Shown: positions 34,885 through 46,586, counted from the stretch's first letter. The stretch: DNA of 64,000 nucleotides from Vulcanimicrobiota bacterium (GCA_963723515.1 CAVRQT010000002.1:448001-512000), one strand, 5' to 3'. The notes: a model not told the origin generated them from the letters alone. Numbers and translations are program-made.

Positions 34885-35657
34885 ATGTTGACGACGGCCT
34901 CCCACGAGCTCGGCGAATCCCAAGAGCAGTGGGATCAAAAAGAGATGACCTTTACGGAGCACCTCAGGGAGCTCCGTAAGCGTCTTATTATCGCGCTAGG
35001 AACAGTCTTTGTTCTGGCGATCCTCGCATTCTATCCCTCGCAATTCGTCATCCCGTGGCTGAGCAACCAATACTTTCCGGGCGTCAAGCTGAACGCGTTC
35101 GGGCCGGCCGACGTCATCATGCTCGAACTGAAGTTCTCCATCTACGCCGGGGTCGTGGTCGGCTTGCCGGTCATCTTCTACCAGCTCTGGATGTTCATCG
35201 TGCCGGCGTTCGCACCGCGAACGCGGCGGCTCGTCTACCTTTATATAGCGCCTTCCGTCGTCTTGGCCGCGCTGGGGCTTGCGTTCGCGCATTTTCTGGT
35301 GCTGCCACGCGTCGGTCATGCGCTGATCGCGCAAACCGGAAAGATCGCGACGGCAACCTTCGGCATCTCGCAGACGCTGAATTTCGTGCTGCTGCTCTTG
35401 TTGCTTTTCGTCTTGATCTTTCAGACGCCGGTCGTCATGCTTGGCGCTCGCGCGGATCGGCATCGTGACGCCGAGCATTCTTGCGACGTTATCGCCGGCA
35501 TGCGCTCTTTGGATTTTTTGTCTTCGGCGGGATCGTCGCGCCCGACGGCAATCCGTTGACGATGGCGCTCTTGGCGATCCCGATGTACGCGCTGTACGAG
35601 ATCAGCATTTGGCTCATCATTCTCTTGGAGCGAACGTGGCGGCCCGCGCCGGCATAA
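34885..35657 (+). CDS. tatC: Twin-arginine translocase TatC; apparent frameshifts near 35442 and 35480
   Basis: MTFTEHLRELRKRL and YQLWMFIVPA. The C-terminal PMYALYEISIW lies in a shifted frame ending at TAA 35657. Confidence 0.88.
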
Positions 35658-36991
35658 ACGACCTCTTCGGCGACTTCGTGCGCACGTGGTCGAACGTGCT
35701 CTTCGCCGTCTCGCTGTTCGTCGTTTGGGGAATCTTGACGCTGCTCGGAGTCATCATCGATCAGAATCGCGATGCGAGCGTCTACTTCGCGACGTATGCG
35801 GCGCCGCTCGCACGGCTCATTCTGCGTCTGGGCCTCGATAACGTCTACCACAGCGCCGCGTATATCGGCATCATTGCGTTGATTCTCTCCTCGCTTGCCG
35901 TCTGCACGTTCAGGCGCGTCATTCCGGCACGGCTGCCGCCGCTGCGGCCGGTAAAGATCGACCGCCTTCCGCTTCACTCGCGCATCGAGACGCCGTTGGA
36001 TGCGACGGCCGCGCGTTCACGCGTCGAGGAATTTTTTCGCAAGCGCGGCTGGCAGGTTCGCAACCGCGAGTTGGGCGGCGTCGAGTGGACGTTTGCCGAC
36101 AAGCAGGACTGGGCGCGTTTCGGCGTCTTGGTCGCGCACTTAGGTTTTGTGATCATTGCGATCGGCACGACGATCTACTGGGCAACCGGATTCTCCGGCG
36201 AGACGGCGGTGCTGACCGGCCAAACCGTCGCAATTCCGCGCGCGCAAGCGAAGTTGACGCTGCACAATTTTCAATATCGCATCCAGCCGATCGCAACGAA
36301 AGGCGGAATCGTCTACCAGCCGATCGACTACGTCTCGCACGTAACGGTGACTGGGCGAGATCGCGTGCCGCGCAAGGCAACGATTCGCGTGAACCATCCA
36401 ATTGACGTTAACGGCACGCTCTTCTACCAGGCCGCCTACGGATTCGGCGTTCGCTTTGCGGTCTTGTATGATGGAAAGCCGCTGCACGATCTCTCCGGTC
36501 AGATGCTCAAAGAGGGCGACGTCCTAACGCTTCCGCAGACGACGCGTGAAGTGCAGTACTCGCAATTCGTCGGCACGATCGACCGCCAAACCGGCGTGCC
36601 ATCGGCCGATCCGCGCCCCAACGATCCCGGCGTTATGCTTAACGTTTTCGATGGCGGCGAGCCGCTCGGCACGCTGCTCGCACCGTTCGGCAAATCCGTC
36701 GCTCTCGGGGGCGGTTTTTCGGTTTTGCCGCAGCGCTACACGATGTACAGCGGCTTGCAATATCGTTACGATCCCGGCATTCCGCTCGTAGGAATCGGCG
36801 CTGCGGTCTTGCTTGCGGGCCTCTGCATCTCGTTCTATCTGTTGCCGGCTCGCATGCACGTGCGCGTCGATGCTGAAAACAGCGGGAGCTCCGTCGCCGT
36901 CGCGGCAACGACCGTAAAGGGATACGATATCTTCGAATCGCAATTCGCCGACCTCGCCGCAGCCCTGCCGCGCGCATTAGAGGCCGCGTGA
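35636..36991 (+). CDS. resB: Cytochrome c biogenesis protein ResB/Ccs1 (system II)
   Basis: LGLDNVYHS, VAHLGFVII, IRVNHP and YDPGIPLV with flanking TMs. Confidence 0.88.
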   Translation: MAARAGINDLFGDFVRTWSNVLFAVSLFVVWGILTLLGVIIDQNRDASVYFATYAAPLARLILRLGLDNVYHSAAYIGIIALILSSLAVCTFRRVIPARLPPLRPVKIDRLPLHSRIETPLDATAARSRVEEFFRKRGWQVRNRELGGVEWTFADKQDWARFGVLVAHLGFVIIAIGTTIYWATGFSGETAVLTGQTVAIPRAQAKLTLHNFQYRIQPIATKGGIVYQPIDYVSHVTVTGRDRVPRKATIRVNHPIDVNGTLFYQAAYGFGVRFAVLYDGKPLHDLSGQMLKEGDVLTLPQTTREVQYSQFVGTIDRQTGVPSADPRPNDPGVMLNVFDGGEPLGTLLAPFGKSVALGGGFSVLPQRYTMYSGLQYRYDPGIPLVGIGAAVLLAGLCISFYLLPARMHVRVDAENSGSSVAVAATTVKGYDIFESQFADLAAALPRALEAA

Positions 36992-38184
36992 CGTCTGCAA
37001 TGCCGCTCGATCAAGTCTTGATGGCGATCGCGCTTTCGACGTACATCGTTGGCGCGATTGCGCTGATCGCGTACTTCTTCTCGCGGGCTGAGTGGCAACG
37101 CAATCTGGGCGCGCCGCTCATCATCGCCGGTTGCGTCGCGCAATTCGCTCAACTCGTCGCGCGTTACGAATTGACGCACATCTGGCCGCTGCTCAATCTC
37201 TACGGTTCGCTCTCGCTCTTCAGCGCGATGTCGGTCTTGATCTTCATCATCTTTGCCTTCCGCTATCGGTTATGGTTCGCCGGCGGATTCGTCGTCGCAA
37301 TTGCGTCGGTGTTTCTTGCGTACGGCCTGACGTGGAATGAGGGAACGCTGCCTGCCGTTCCGTCGCTGCAATCGTACTGGGCAAAGATTCACGTCCCGAT
37401 CGTCGTCTCGTCATATGCCGCCTTCACCGTGGCCGCAGTCTTATCGGCGCTCTATCTCCTCAAGCATTACTTCGATCGCTCGCTGACGACGCGCAAGGCA
37501 ACGGCCGCCTTCGCAACGGCTGGAGGCCCCGCTGCCGGCATCAGCGCGATGCAATTTGAGAGCGCAGATGCAATGCGTCTGCGGCGCGATACGCCGTCGA
37601 TCGAAGTTGCCGCCGAGGGAGGCAATATGGCGGCCCGGTGGTTTAAGACGCTTCCGACGCTTGCACAACTCGACGTGCTGATGTACCGCGTGGTCGCGGT
37701 CGGCTTGCCGCTGCTCACGATCGGCATCATTACGGGCGCGTGGTGGGCGAAAGAAGCGTGGGGCGCATACTGGCAATGGGATCCCAAAGAAACCGCCGCA
37801 TTGGCGCTCTGGATTTACTATGCGATCTACATGCATTTACATACGCGCAACGCATGGCGTGGCGTTCGCAGTGCGTGGCTCGGCGTGTGGGGTTTGCCGC
37901 TGATGATGTTCGTCTATCTCGGCGTGAACGTCTTTATCGGCAACGGCAGCCTGCACAGCTACAAGCTTGTAGCGACGTGCTTCTCAGTGTGCGTACTTTG
38001 CGATAAAGTCGAGCAACGTTCGCTGCTCCGGCGTATTGCTTCGCGAAAGATTTGCGACGACGCCGGTGTGCGTTGCCGATGCATCGGCATCCATTTGCAC
38101 GGTCGCTCCGGCGCCGACGAGTGCGGCGAAAAGTTGATCCCGCTGTCCGCACGCAGACGCATCGTAAATACCACCGCAGAATAA
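36988..38184 (+). CDS. ccsA: Cytochrome c biogenesis protein CcsA/ResC (true end probably about 37972)
   Basis: LQSYWAKIHV, WWD domain WGAYWQWDPKET and terminal LHSY. The tail past about 37970 overlaps the next gene and is probably an indel artefact. Confidence 0.9.
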   Translation: MTSAMPLDQVLMAIALSTYIVGAIALIAYFFSRAEWQRNLGAPLIIAGCVAQFAQLVARYELTHIWPLLNLYGSLSLFSAMSVLIFIIFAFRYRLWFAGGFVVAIASVFLAYGLTWNEGTLPAVPSLQSYWAKIHVPIVVSSYAAFTVAAVLSALYLLKHYFDRSLTTRKATAAFATAGGPAAGISAMQFESADAMRLRRDTPSIEVAAEGGNMAARWFKTLPTLAQLDVLMYRVVAVGLPLLTIGIITGAWWAKEAWGAYWQWDPKETAALALWIYYAIYMHLHTRNAWRGVRSAWLGVWGLPLMMFVYLGVNVFIGNGSLHSYKLVATCFSVCVLCDKVEQRSLLRRIASRKICDDAGVRCRCIGIHLHGRSGADECGEKLIPLSARRRIVNTTAE

Positions 38185-38793
38185 TTCCGTCGGCGGAGCC
38201 GTCTTCGCCACGTATGTGATCGGCGATAAGGCGGCCCGCGCCTCGGCGCTCGGGCCGAAAAATTGTTGCAACAACGTGCGGTCCGCGGGAGTCGCCTCTG
38301 GATCGATTTCGCGCACATCGTAGATTCCGGAAAAGCCGGCGATGCCGCGGATGACCGAAGTTGAAACACCATCCGCCGCCAAGAATTCGGGATCGAGCCC
38401 GACGAGTGTCGCCAGATAACCGCCGGAAGAATGCCCGCTCAGCACGAGGGCGCGCGGGTTTCCGCCATAGGACGCGACGTGTTTGGACGTCCAGGCAACG
38501 GCCGCGGCAATGTCGGACGCCGCGCCCCGTGCGTCGATCTGCGGATAGAGCCGGTAACTCGGCACGACGACGACGATGCCGGTCGATGCGATCGACATCG
38601 CGAGACCGTTGTAGTCGCGCCGATCTCCCTGAACGAATCCACCGCCGTGAATGAAGAGCAGCACCGGCGCGCTTCGCACTCCAAGAGGCGCGTAGATATC
38701 CAAGCGATGTTTGTCGCCGGGCACATCGACGGCGTACGCGATGTCTTTTGTCACATTGACCGCCGCGAGCAGCGCAAAGATCGTAGCATGCAT
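37984..38793 (-). CDS. Alpha/beta hydrolase (carboxylesterase, HSL-like)
   Basis: HGGG oxyanion motif and GHSSG nucleophile. Confidence 0.85.
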   Translation of the reverse strand: MHATIFALLAAVNVTKDIAYAVDVPGDKHRLDIYAPLGVRSAPVLLFIHGGGFVQGDRRDYNGLAMSIASTGIVVVVPSYRLYPQIDARGAASDIAAAVAWTSKHVASYGGNPRALVLSGHSSGGYLATLVGLDPEFLAADGVSTSVIRGIAGFSGIYDVREIDPEATPADRTLLQQFFGPSAEARAALSPITYVAKTAPPTELFCGGIYDASACGQRDQLFAALVGAGATVQMDADASATHTGVVANLSRSNTPEQRTLLDFIAKYAH

Positions 38794-38879
38794 CTTTTGT
38801 CGATGATTTTTACGAAAGGGCGGGCGTATCTTCGTATTAAAGAGGAATCGGCCTAGTAAACTTCTCGGAGAAATCGCCT

Positions 38880-39557
38880 TTGTCGAATTCGGTTGATGCC
38901 GCCCGGGCGCAGGCCGCGAAGAGAAAGATCTTAAGCGCCTACGACGATCCCGGGACGTATGAAGAAATCACGCGCCGCACGTTCATGGCGAACGCAACGC
39001 TGACGATCAGTGGCATCATCGGGCTCGGTCTGGTCATTCCCATCATCGGTTCGGTGCTGCCGCACGGCGGCGAAGGGCAAGGCACGTGGTCGCCCTTGAG
39101 TCCGAACGAATGGAAGCAGCTGCAACAGTCGACCAATCAGCCGGTCAAATTGAGCTTCAGTCTCGACTATAAGGATGCATATCTGCCCAAAGCGACGATC
39201 GATCAGTTCGTCTGGGGCATCAAATCAACGGAAGAGAAGATGCGAAAGGCGCGGCCCGATCTCTTTTCGAGTCCAAAAGCCGAAGTGCCGTATCCGGTCG
39301 TCACGATGGGGTTTGTGATCTTCAGCCCGATCTGCCCGCATCTTGGATGCCGCTTCAATTGGGATCAAGGCGTCAACAAATTTCTCTGCCCGTGTCACGG
39401 CTCGCAATACACCTACGAAGGCGCGCATATCGCGGGGCCGGCGCCTCGCGGGCTCGATCCCTTACCGCTTCGCGAACACAGCGGCACCGCAGAAGTGACG
39501 TGGATTCGATACGACAAGAGCACACCCGATCGAATCGTCGTCTCATACGCAGTGTAA
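38880..39557 (+). CDS. qcrA: Rieske 2Fe-2S subunit of the Rieske/cytochrome b complex
   Basis: Tat motif TRRTFM plus TM, and CPHLGC / CPCHGSQY boxes. Confidence 0.9.
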   Translation: MSNSVDAARAQAAKRKILSAYDDPGTYEEITRRTFMANATLTISGIIGLGLVIPIIGSVLPHGGEGQGTWSPLSPNEWKQLQQSTNQPVKLSFSLDYKDAYLPKATIDQFVWGIKSTEEKMRKARPDLFSSPKAEVPYPVVTMGFVIFSPICPHLGCRFNWDQGVNKFLCPCHGSQYTYEGAHIAGPAPRGLDPLPLREHSGTAEVTWIRYDKSTPDRIVVSYAV

Positions 39558-39572
39558 GGTAGGAGCGGCAGC

Positions 39573-41022
39573 ATGTTGACTTGGCTCGAGCAGCGCACCG
39601 GCATGGTCACGATGATCAAGGATTTCCTGACCGAGGACATTCCGGGTGGCGCAAGTTACTGGTATGTCTTCGGCTCCGCGACGCTCTTTGCGATGATCGT
39701 GCAGATCGTCACGGGCATCTTCTTGACGTTTTGGTACGCGCCGTCCGCCGCAACGGCGTGGGAATCAACAAAAGCCATCTACAACAACGGCTTCCAACAC
39801 TTCGTTTTGAGCGTCCATTATTGGGGCGCCTCGGCGATGATCGCGCTCGTCTTCTTGCACATGCTGCAAGCGCTGATTTGGGGCGCCTACAAATCGCCGC
39901 GCGAACTGCAGTGGATTGTCGGCGTCTTGCTCTTCATCGTGACGCTCGTCCTCGGATTGACCGGCTACTTGCTGCCGTGGGACATGAACGCCTATTTTGC
40001 GTCGCAGGTCGCAATCAACATCTCCGGCACCGCCCCGATTCTCGGTCCGTTCATTCAGCGATTGCTGCAAGACGGCCCCGTCATGGGCACGCTGACGATC
40101 AACCGATTCTTCGGCGTTCACGTATGGCTGATGCCGGCGGCGCTCGTGGCGCTCGTCGGCGCGCATCTCTTCATCTTCCGCCACAACGGGCCGGCCGGTC
40201 CGCCGGTGGAAGATCCGCGCCCGCTTCGTCCCGGACGGTTTTGGCCCGATCAAATGTTCATGGATACGGTGATCTCGTTTTTCGTCTTCATCGTCATCCT
40301 GTTCTTAGCGATCTTCGCGCCGCCGTTCTTAGATCAAAAAGCCGATCCGACGAACATCACGTTCGTGCCCTATCCCGCCTGGTATTTCTTGGCGCTCTTC
40401 GGCTTGTTGAACATCATGCCGCCGAGCTTGGAACTCGTCGGTACGATCATCATCCCAACGGTCGTTGTGATCGTGCTGCTCTTGCTTCCGTGGCTCGATC
40501 GCAGCACGCTGCGAACGTTTGGTTCGCGCGTGCCGATCCTTTGGGCGACGACGCTCGTGGTGGCGATCGTCGTCGTACTGTCCGCTCTACAGCCAAGTTT
40601 CGATTCAAGCCAAACAAGCGGCGGCAGCACAAAACCCCGTGCCGGCAGCTGCGCCGGCGGCAGCGGTTGCCAATAAGACGACGAGCGTCAGTTCGGCACC
40701 GGGAAATGCCGGGCAAAAAGTCTTCAGCGCCAACTGCTCGTCATGTCACGGTGCTGCGGGAGCCGGCGTCCCGGGCGCATTTCCGCCGCTGGCCGGCAAT
40801 CCGGTCGTGACCGGCGCGGGAACGAAGGTCATTCAAATCGTCGTCAATGGCTTGCACGGCCAAATCAGTGTCAAGGGCAGCAACTACAACGGCCAGATGC
40901 CGGCCTGGAAAGGAAATCTTTCCAACAGCGACATCGCGAATGTGATCACCTACATTCGCAATTCATGGGGAAATAAAGCGCCGGCGGTGACCACCGCCGA
41001 CGTCTCAAAGATCGCGAAATAG
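39573..41022 (+). CDS. qcrB: Cytochrome b + subunit IV fused to a monoheme cytochrome c; apparent frameshift near 40583
   Basis: Four heme-b His, GYLLPWD and PAWY. The downstream frame supplies an Ala-rich linker, CSSCH and an axial Met (QMP) but has no convincing start or signal peptide of its own. Confidence 0.85.
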
Positions 41023-41044
41023 ATCCGCCGTTAGATTAGCCCAC

Positions 41045-41281
41045 TTACGTGTCGCGACGGACGTCGCGCTTGGTCTTGTCCCACTCCGCCTGCGCGCGAT
41101 TCTTTCCTTCGTTCACTAAGGACTCTGCCTTCTCGCCGGGTGTCATCACGTCGCCCGCGACTCGCCGTTTCTCTCGTTCCGCGTCGCCTTCGGAGCGATG
41201 CGACGCTTCGTTCACGGTGTCGCGGACATTCTTGACAGTGTCTTCGACCGCATCGGCCGCTCGATTGAATGTATCCTTCAT
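41045..41281 (-). CDS. Small hydrophilic hypothetical protein (LEA/stress-protein-like)
   Basis: 78 aa, charged and helical. TAATAT lies 7 nt before the ATG. Confidence 0.65.
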   Translation of the reverse strand: MKDTFNRAADAVEDTVKNVRDTVNEASHRSEGDAEREKRRVAGDVMTPGEKAESLVNEGKNRAQAEWDKTKRDVRRDT

Positions 41282-41342
41282 AGCGTGAATATTACCCGCG
41301 CGCTTCGAATCCTATAACATCACGCTACCGCTTCTTATTATT

Positions 41343-43019
41343 TCATAACGAAATTGCTTGCAATTTCTTTGATTTTCTGCACGGTGGACCATCGTAGATA
41401 AACAGCGCGTCGTTATGATCGACGACGATTTCGTGCTGGTGTCTTCCGTACGCCGGATCGTTCGCTCCGCGCTGACGTGAGGCAACGACAAAGGCGCGCG
41501 GCGCGGAGCAAATTACCATGCGCGGCGACGTTTGCGCCGCGGAACTTGGAAGATTAGCGGCGCCGAGGCTCGTGATGGGCGGCTGCGTATAGAAGAGCAA
41601 CGCGTTTCCGCCCGGCACTCCTTCGATCGCCACAACGTCTCCGGCCAGCCGATGCTCTTGAATGACCGCGGCGAGACGCGGAACCGGCTTAAACTCCTCG
41701 GCCTTCGGCAAAATCAAGAAGACCAGCATCAATATCGATGCGCACGCCGTCACGCCAAGTGCATATGCCGCGAATTGATTGGCATTGCGAAAGACGAAGA
41801 ACACTCCAGTGATGATCGAGCCGACGAAGACAAGCGCTGCAACGATCACCATATCACCCGAGATCGCATGAATGTCGCCGGTGAGCCGGTTATTTCGCAA
41901 AAAGATTGCAATCGCAACCGCAAGCAGCACGATCGTCAGTGGAATCATCGCACTCGAGATCAACGCCGAGCGACGGCGAAGGCCGCGCACGGCCGCATCG
42001 AAGTACAATGCAACAATCAGGGCCAAGGGTGGGAGTTCGAGGGCAATGTAGTTCGGCAACTTCGTCTTTGCAAAACTGAAGAACAAGAACGGCATCACGA
42101 TCCACGCGACTGAGAGCCGCATGAGCGGCGCCGACGGCTCCTCATCCGCGCCGCGATGTAACTGTGGCGCCGCGAAGCCTATGGCGGCGGGGAGAAACGC
42201 GATCCACGGAAAGAATCCGAGGATCAATACCGGCACGTAGTACCAAAACGGTCCGGCCTGATTCTCGATCGTGCTCGTATACCGGGCGATCGTGTAATGG
42301 CCGATCAATTGGCCGATCGACGTTGCGCCCGTCCGCAAGTAGAGCGCCACAAACCAGGGGGCAACGATCAGCGCGAAGATCCCGCAAGCGGCGGCAATCG
42401 CGCGCCACGACGGCATGATCGTCGCGCTTGTTCGCCGGTTCCAAAGGGAGAAGACCGCAATGACGATCAGCGCGATAACGGGCGCAACGGGTCCTTTCGC
42501 TAAAAAACCAAGCGCGGCCGCTGCGGAACCCGCATAAAGGTATGCGCCGGCGCCGGTTTGCAGCGCGCGGAACCACCAGAAAATCGTGCATGCTACCGCC
42601 AGATCGAGCAGCGCATCCATGATCGCAAGCCGTCCGACCACGGCCTGCATCAAGCTCGTCGAGAGAATCACCGTCGCATAGAGTCCCGCGCGCGTGCCGG
42701 CCGCGCGACTGACCGCGTAGGCCACCATGGCGCCCATTGCAATCGTCGCCAGCGCGGAGGGCAGCCGCAGCGCAAAGCTGCTCAACCCAAGAAGTTTGAC
42801 GAATGCCGCTGCGATCCAGAAGTAGAGCGGCGGTTGCACGAACCACGGCGAGCCGTTCAAGTGCATGACGACGGCATCGTGAAAACGTAAAATCTCACGC
42901 GCGACCTCGCCGTAGGCCGTCTCGCTGTTGTCCCAAAGTGTGCCGATGCCCAAACCGGGCAACGTCATGACGGCTGCGATTGCCGCGCCAATGAACGCGG
43001 TACGCGCTGGCGGCTGCAT
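41343..43019 (-). CDS. ArnT/PMT family (GT-C) membrane glycosyltransferase
   Basis: LWDNSETAY, QPPLYFW, RLPSAL, LAKGPV and TKLPNYI with many TMs. Confidence 0.88.
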   Translation of the reverse strand: MQPPARTAFIGAAIAAVMTLPGLGIGTLWDNSETAYGEVAREILRFHDAVVMHLNGSPWFVQPPLYFWIAAAFVKLLGLSSFALRLPSALATIAMGAMVAYAVSRAAGTRAGLYATVILSTSLMQAVVGRLAIMDALLDLAVACTIFWWFRALQTGAGAYLYAGSAAAALGFLAKGPVAPVIALIVIAVFSLWNRRTSATIMPSWRAIAAACGIFALIVAPWFVALYLRTGATSIGQLIGHYTIARYTSTIENQAGPFWYYVPVLILGFFPWIAFLPAAIGFAAPQLHRGADEEPSAPLMRLSVAWIVMPFLFFSFAKTKLPNYIALELPPLALIVALYFDAAVRGLRRRSALISSAMIPLTIVLLAVAIAIFLRNNRLTGDIHAISGDMVIVAALVFVGSIITGVFFVFRNANQFAAYALGVTACASILMLVFLILPKAEEFKPVPRLAAVIQEHRLAGDVVAIEGVPGGNALLFYTQPPITSLGAANLPSSAAQTSPRMVICSAPRAFVVASRQRGANDPAYGRHQHEIVVDHNDALFIYDGPPCRKSKKLQAISL

Positions 43020-43075
43020 GAACGCGAAGTGAGTTCCGGAAAGTACAAACCGACTCATCTTGAGAAGCAAAGCGC

Positions 43076-45025
43076 GTGAAGGCGCTCTCAATCAATCTGC
43101 GCGTCGCAGATCGCTTGGCGGTCATCGTCGGCGGCGGCCGGGTTGCGGCACGCAGAGCAGCGACGCTATTAAACGCCGGCGCAGAGGTACGCCTTGTCGC
43201 GCCGGAGTTTTGCGCCGAACTCGCAGCGATGCAAAACGTTCGCCTGAGATTGATCGAGCGACCATACGAGCGCGGCGATCTCGCTGAAGCCTTCATCGCG
43301 GTGGCCGCGACGGACGACGAAGCGACCAACGCTCGAGTATCGGCCGACTCAGCGAGCGCGGGCATCTTCTGCAACGACGCGTCGCAGCCCGAACGCGGTG
43401 ACTTCACCCTTCCCGCCGTGGCGCACCAGGGAGCGATCACGATCGCCGTGGACACCGGTGGCGCCTCGCCAAGATTTGCAAAGCGACTCTTGGACAAATT
43501 GGGGGCTGCAGTCGATCCGCGCGCTCCGATCGCAGCCGAAACCTTGATGCTCATGCGCCGGCATGCACGGCAAATCGCAAGCGGGCACGAACGGCGCCGC
43601 ATCCTAAACGACGCCGCAGAACTTCCTTTAGAAGTGTTGGCGGCGATGAGCGCCGACGAGGCGCGCGAGCACATCGAAGGCGCGAAAGACCCAAGCGCTC
43701 TTGACGATGAAACGGCGTCTGCTCAGACCGTGACCTGCGCGTCGCGGGGGAGCCGGCTCGCGCTCGCGCAAACGCGCTCGATTACAGCGAAACTTCAAAG
43801 AATCGGAATTCGCTCGCGCATCGTCACGATCGCAACGCATGGCGACCTTGCGCCGGATCGGCCGCTCAGCACGATGAACGCTGAAAATTTCTTCGTCAAG
43901 GAAATCGAAGCTGCGCTGCTCGACGGACGCGCGGACTACGCCGTGCATTCATGCAAAGATCTGCCAAGCACGCTCGATTCGCAGCTGCAGCTCGTCGCAA
44001 TCTCGGCACGCGAAGATCCGCGGGATGCGTTCTGCAGCGAGCGCTTTGGCTCGTTCTACGATCTGCCTTCCGGGGCACGCGTCGGAACGTCGAGTCCGCG
44101 CCGGCGCGCGCAGCTGATGTCCTTGCGCTCAGACCTCGACTACATCGATTGTCGCGGCAACGTTGACACGCGTTTGCGCAAGCTGGCCGAAGGTCAATTT
44201 GACGCGCTCGTCTTGGCGATGGCCGGATTGCGACGGCTCAACGCAGCAGCGCCAACGACGGTCGCGTTCGAGCCGGAAGAGATCGTTCCGGCCGTTGGCC
44301 AGGGAGCGCTCGCAATCGAGATGCGGCACGGCGACAGCGACTTACACAGAACGATACGGCAGACGCTCAACAACCACGTCGACGAACTGGCAATCGTCTG
44401 CGAGCGGACCGCTTTGGCAGCGCTAGGCGGCGGATGTAGCGCTCCGATCGGCATTCATGCGCGCTTCGACGGCGAGACGCTCGTCGCGCACGGCGCTGTT
44501 TGTTCGGATGATGGATCGCAGATTGTGACCGCCCGCATCTCTGCGCCGATTGTCCAGGTCGAAGATGCAAGTGACCTCGGTGAACGTCTTGCGGGGCAGC
44601 TCCTGATTTCGGGAGCCGCGCAATTGCTCGCGGCGGAGGGCGACATGGCGCTGCCGCTGGCCGGCAAGCTTATCCTCTTGCCGCGCACACAGGAACGGGC
44701 CAGCCGCATCTCGCCGGCCCTCGAGCGAGCCGGCGCCCGTGTCCTGCAGGTGCGTGGCGCTGAAGAAGCCCTGCGAACGCTCGCCGAACAGAGTGTCGAC
44801 ATGGTCGTTTTCCCTTCGAGCGGCGCGGTGGATACTGTTGAGGAGATGTTTCGAACCTGGCGCGTAGACGCGATGCGGCCTGCGATCGCTGCGATGGGCG
44901 AGAAATCGGCCAATGCGGCCAGGGTCCGCGGCGTCGAGCCCGATGTCGTCGCCGATGAGCCGTCGATGGAATCGCTCGTCCAAGCCGTACGCCAATACTT
45001 TTCGCGAGGGATGCGGGCGACATGA
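43076..45025 (+). CDS. hemC: Fusion of precorrin-2 dehydrogenase (SirC/CysG-B-like), hydroxymethylbilane synthase and a single-lobe HemD-like domain
   Basis: [15 protein letters not shown] (SirC); [30 protein letters not shown] and GGC (HemC); FPSSGAV/AMGEKSA (HemD-like). One uninterrupted 649-aa ORF. Confidence 0.88.
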   Translation: MKALSINLRVADRLAVIVGGGRVAARRAATLLNAGAEVRLVAPEFCAELAAMQNVRLRLIERPYERGDLAEAFIAVAATDDEATNARVSADSASAGIFCNDASQPERGDFTLPAVAHQGAITIAVDTGGASPRFAKRLLDKLGAAVDPRAPIAAETLMLMRRHARQIASGHERRRILNDAAELPLEVLAAMSADEAREHIEGAKDPSALDDETASAQTVTCASRGSRLALAQTRSITAKLQRIGIRSRIVTIATHGDLAPDRPLSTMNAENFFVKEIEAALLDGRADYAVHSCKDLPSTLDSQLQLVAISAREDPRDAFCSERFGSFYDLPSGARVGTSSPRRRAQLMSLRSDLDYIDCRGNVDTRLRKLAEGQFDALVLAMAGLRRLNAAAPTTVAFEPEEIVPAVGQGALAIEMRHGDSDLHRTIRQTLNNHVDELAIVCERTALAALGGGCSAPIGIHARFDGETLVAHGAVCSDDGSQIVTARISAPIVQVEDASDLGERLAGQLLISGAAQLLAAEGDMALPLAGKLILLPRTQERASRISPALERAGARVLQVRGAEEALRTLAEQSVDMVVFPSSGAVDTVEEMFRTWRVDAMRPAIAAMGEKSANAARVRGVEPDVVADEPSMESLVQAVRQYFSRGMRAT

Positions 45026-46011
45026 TTGGTGAATCGGTTTTTCTGCAATTGATCCGCCCGCGTCGCAATCGCGCCTCCGAAGGACGGCGCGCGCTCGTAC
45101 GCGAGCACCGGATTGCGATCGAGCAACTCGTTCAGCCCATCTTCGTCGCTGAAGATGAGACGGCGGCCGGACCGATCGACAGCATGCCGGGCATATCACG
45201 GTTGACGATCGATCAAGCGAGTGCGTATGCTCGGCGCCTGCATGCGCTGAACATCGGCGCGGTGATGCTGTTCGGACTACCAAAGCACAAAGATGCGCTC
45301 GCCACGAGCAATTACAATTCAGAAGGCGTCGTTCAGCGCGCCATTCGTGCGATCAAAGGCGCCGTACCCGAACTGACCGTTTGTGCCGATCTCTGTAACT
45401 GCGAATACACCGACCACGGTCACTGCGGTCTGCTCGATGCACGCGGTGAAGTCGACAACGATCGAACCGTAGAACTGCTGATTCGAACGGCGCTCACATA
45501 CGCGCAAGCGGGCGTCGATGTCGTCGCGCCCTCAGATATGATGGACGGTCGCGTCGGCGCGATACGCAGAGCGCTCGACGAAGCGCAATTCACGCAGATT
45601 GCGATTCTCTCGTATGCCGCGAAATATGCGTCGGCGTTCTACGGTCCGTTTCGTGAAGCGGCGGCATGCGCGCCGCAGTTCGGCGATCGCCGCAGTTATC
45701 AAATGGATCCGGCCAACGCCCGCGAGGCGATGCGCGAGATCGAGCTCGACATTCGCGAAGGCGCCGACATCGTCATGATCAAACCGGCGCTGCCGTACTT
45801 AGACATTATTCGAGCGGCAAGAGAACGATTCGATGTCCCGATTGCAGCCTTCAACGTCAGCGGCGAGTATGCGATGGTTCATGCGGCCGCGGCAAAGGGC
45901 TGGCTCGATCTGCCGCGAGCGATCGATGAGGTCTTAACTTCGATCAAACGCGCCGGTGCCGACGTCATCGTCACCTACTTCGCGCAGGAGTATGCCGAGC
46001 GCCATGGATGA
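45022..46011 (+). CDS. hemB: Porphobilinogen synthase
   Basis: [29 protein letters not shown] and MIKPAL. Confidence 0.95.
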   Translation: MIGESVFLQLIRPRRNRASEGRRALVREHRIAIEQLVQPIFVAEDETAAGPIDSMPGISRLTIDQASAYARRLHALNIGAVMLFGLPKHKDALATSNYNSEGVVQRAIRAIKGAVPELTVCADLCNCEYTDHGHCGLLDARGEVDNDRTVELLIRTALTYAQAGVDVVAPSDMMDGRVGAIRRALDEAQFTQIAILSYAAKYASAFYGPFREAAACAPQFGDRRSYQMDPANAREAMREIELDIREGADIVMIKPALPYLDIIRAARERFDVPIAAFNVSGEYAMVHAAAAKGWLDLPRAIDEVLTSIKRAGADVIVTYFAQEYAERHG

Positions 46012-46586
46012 CGTTGCGCTCGTCATTTTGGCCGGTGGCGCCGCGACACGCTGTGCGGGCAAACTCGAGCGTCCGCTGGGCGACCTGCCGATGCTCGTTC
46101 GCATTTACCGGAACTTGCGTGGATCGTCTTCCGACATACATCTCGTTGAGCCACGAGCTGAGCGCACCGCTCAAAGAGCAGATCGACGCCGAATTCATCT
46201 ACGATCGCGCGCCGCAGCGAGGACCGCTGCAGGCGTTGCTGACGGCTTTCGGCGTCGTTCGCGAGCCGCGCGCATTTGTCGTCGCTGCAGATATGCCGTT
46301 TGTCCAACCTGCAACCTTGTCTGAAATTGGCGGCCAATGGCAACACGGCGATGAGGCCGTCGTGACAATCGATCGCAATCGTTTGCAACCGCTGCTGGCG
46401 CTCTATGATGTTCATGCTTTCACTCGCGCGGCGCAGTCTATAGAGGTGGAAAACAGCGGCGTCAAAGATGTCTTGGCGCGCCTTCGCGCACGTCGTGTCG
46501 TGTTACGCGAGGCAATGGCGATGCTCAATATCAACACCGAAGAAGAATATCGCAGGGCAACCAAGATGGTCGCCATCGGCGCATGA
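46004..46586 (+). CDS. MobA-like nucleotidyltransferase; apparent frameshift near 46121
   Basis: ILAGG..TR...[17 protein letters not shown] and NINT. Confidence 0.78.

Noticed and set aside
35441..35636. N-terminal extension of ResB / TatC-ResB fusion
   Set aside because: The extension is shifted tatC sequence. ResB plausibly starts at GTG 35636 after GGAG.
37972..38184. Cys-rich C-terminal tail on CcsA
   Set aside because: It is the antisense of the neighbouring hydrolase. CcsA normally ends just after LHSY, and a TAG lies one base out of frame.
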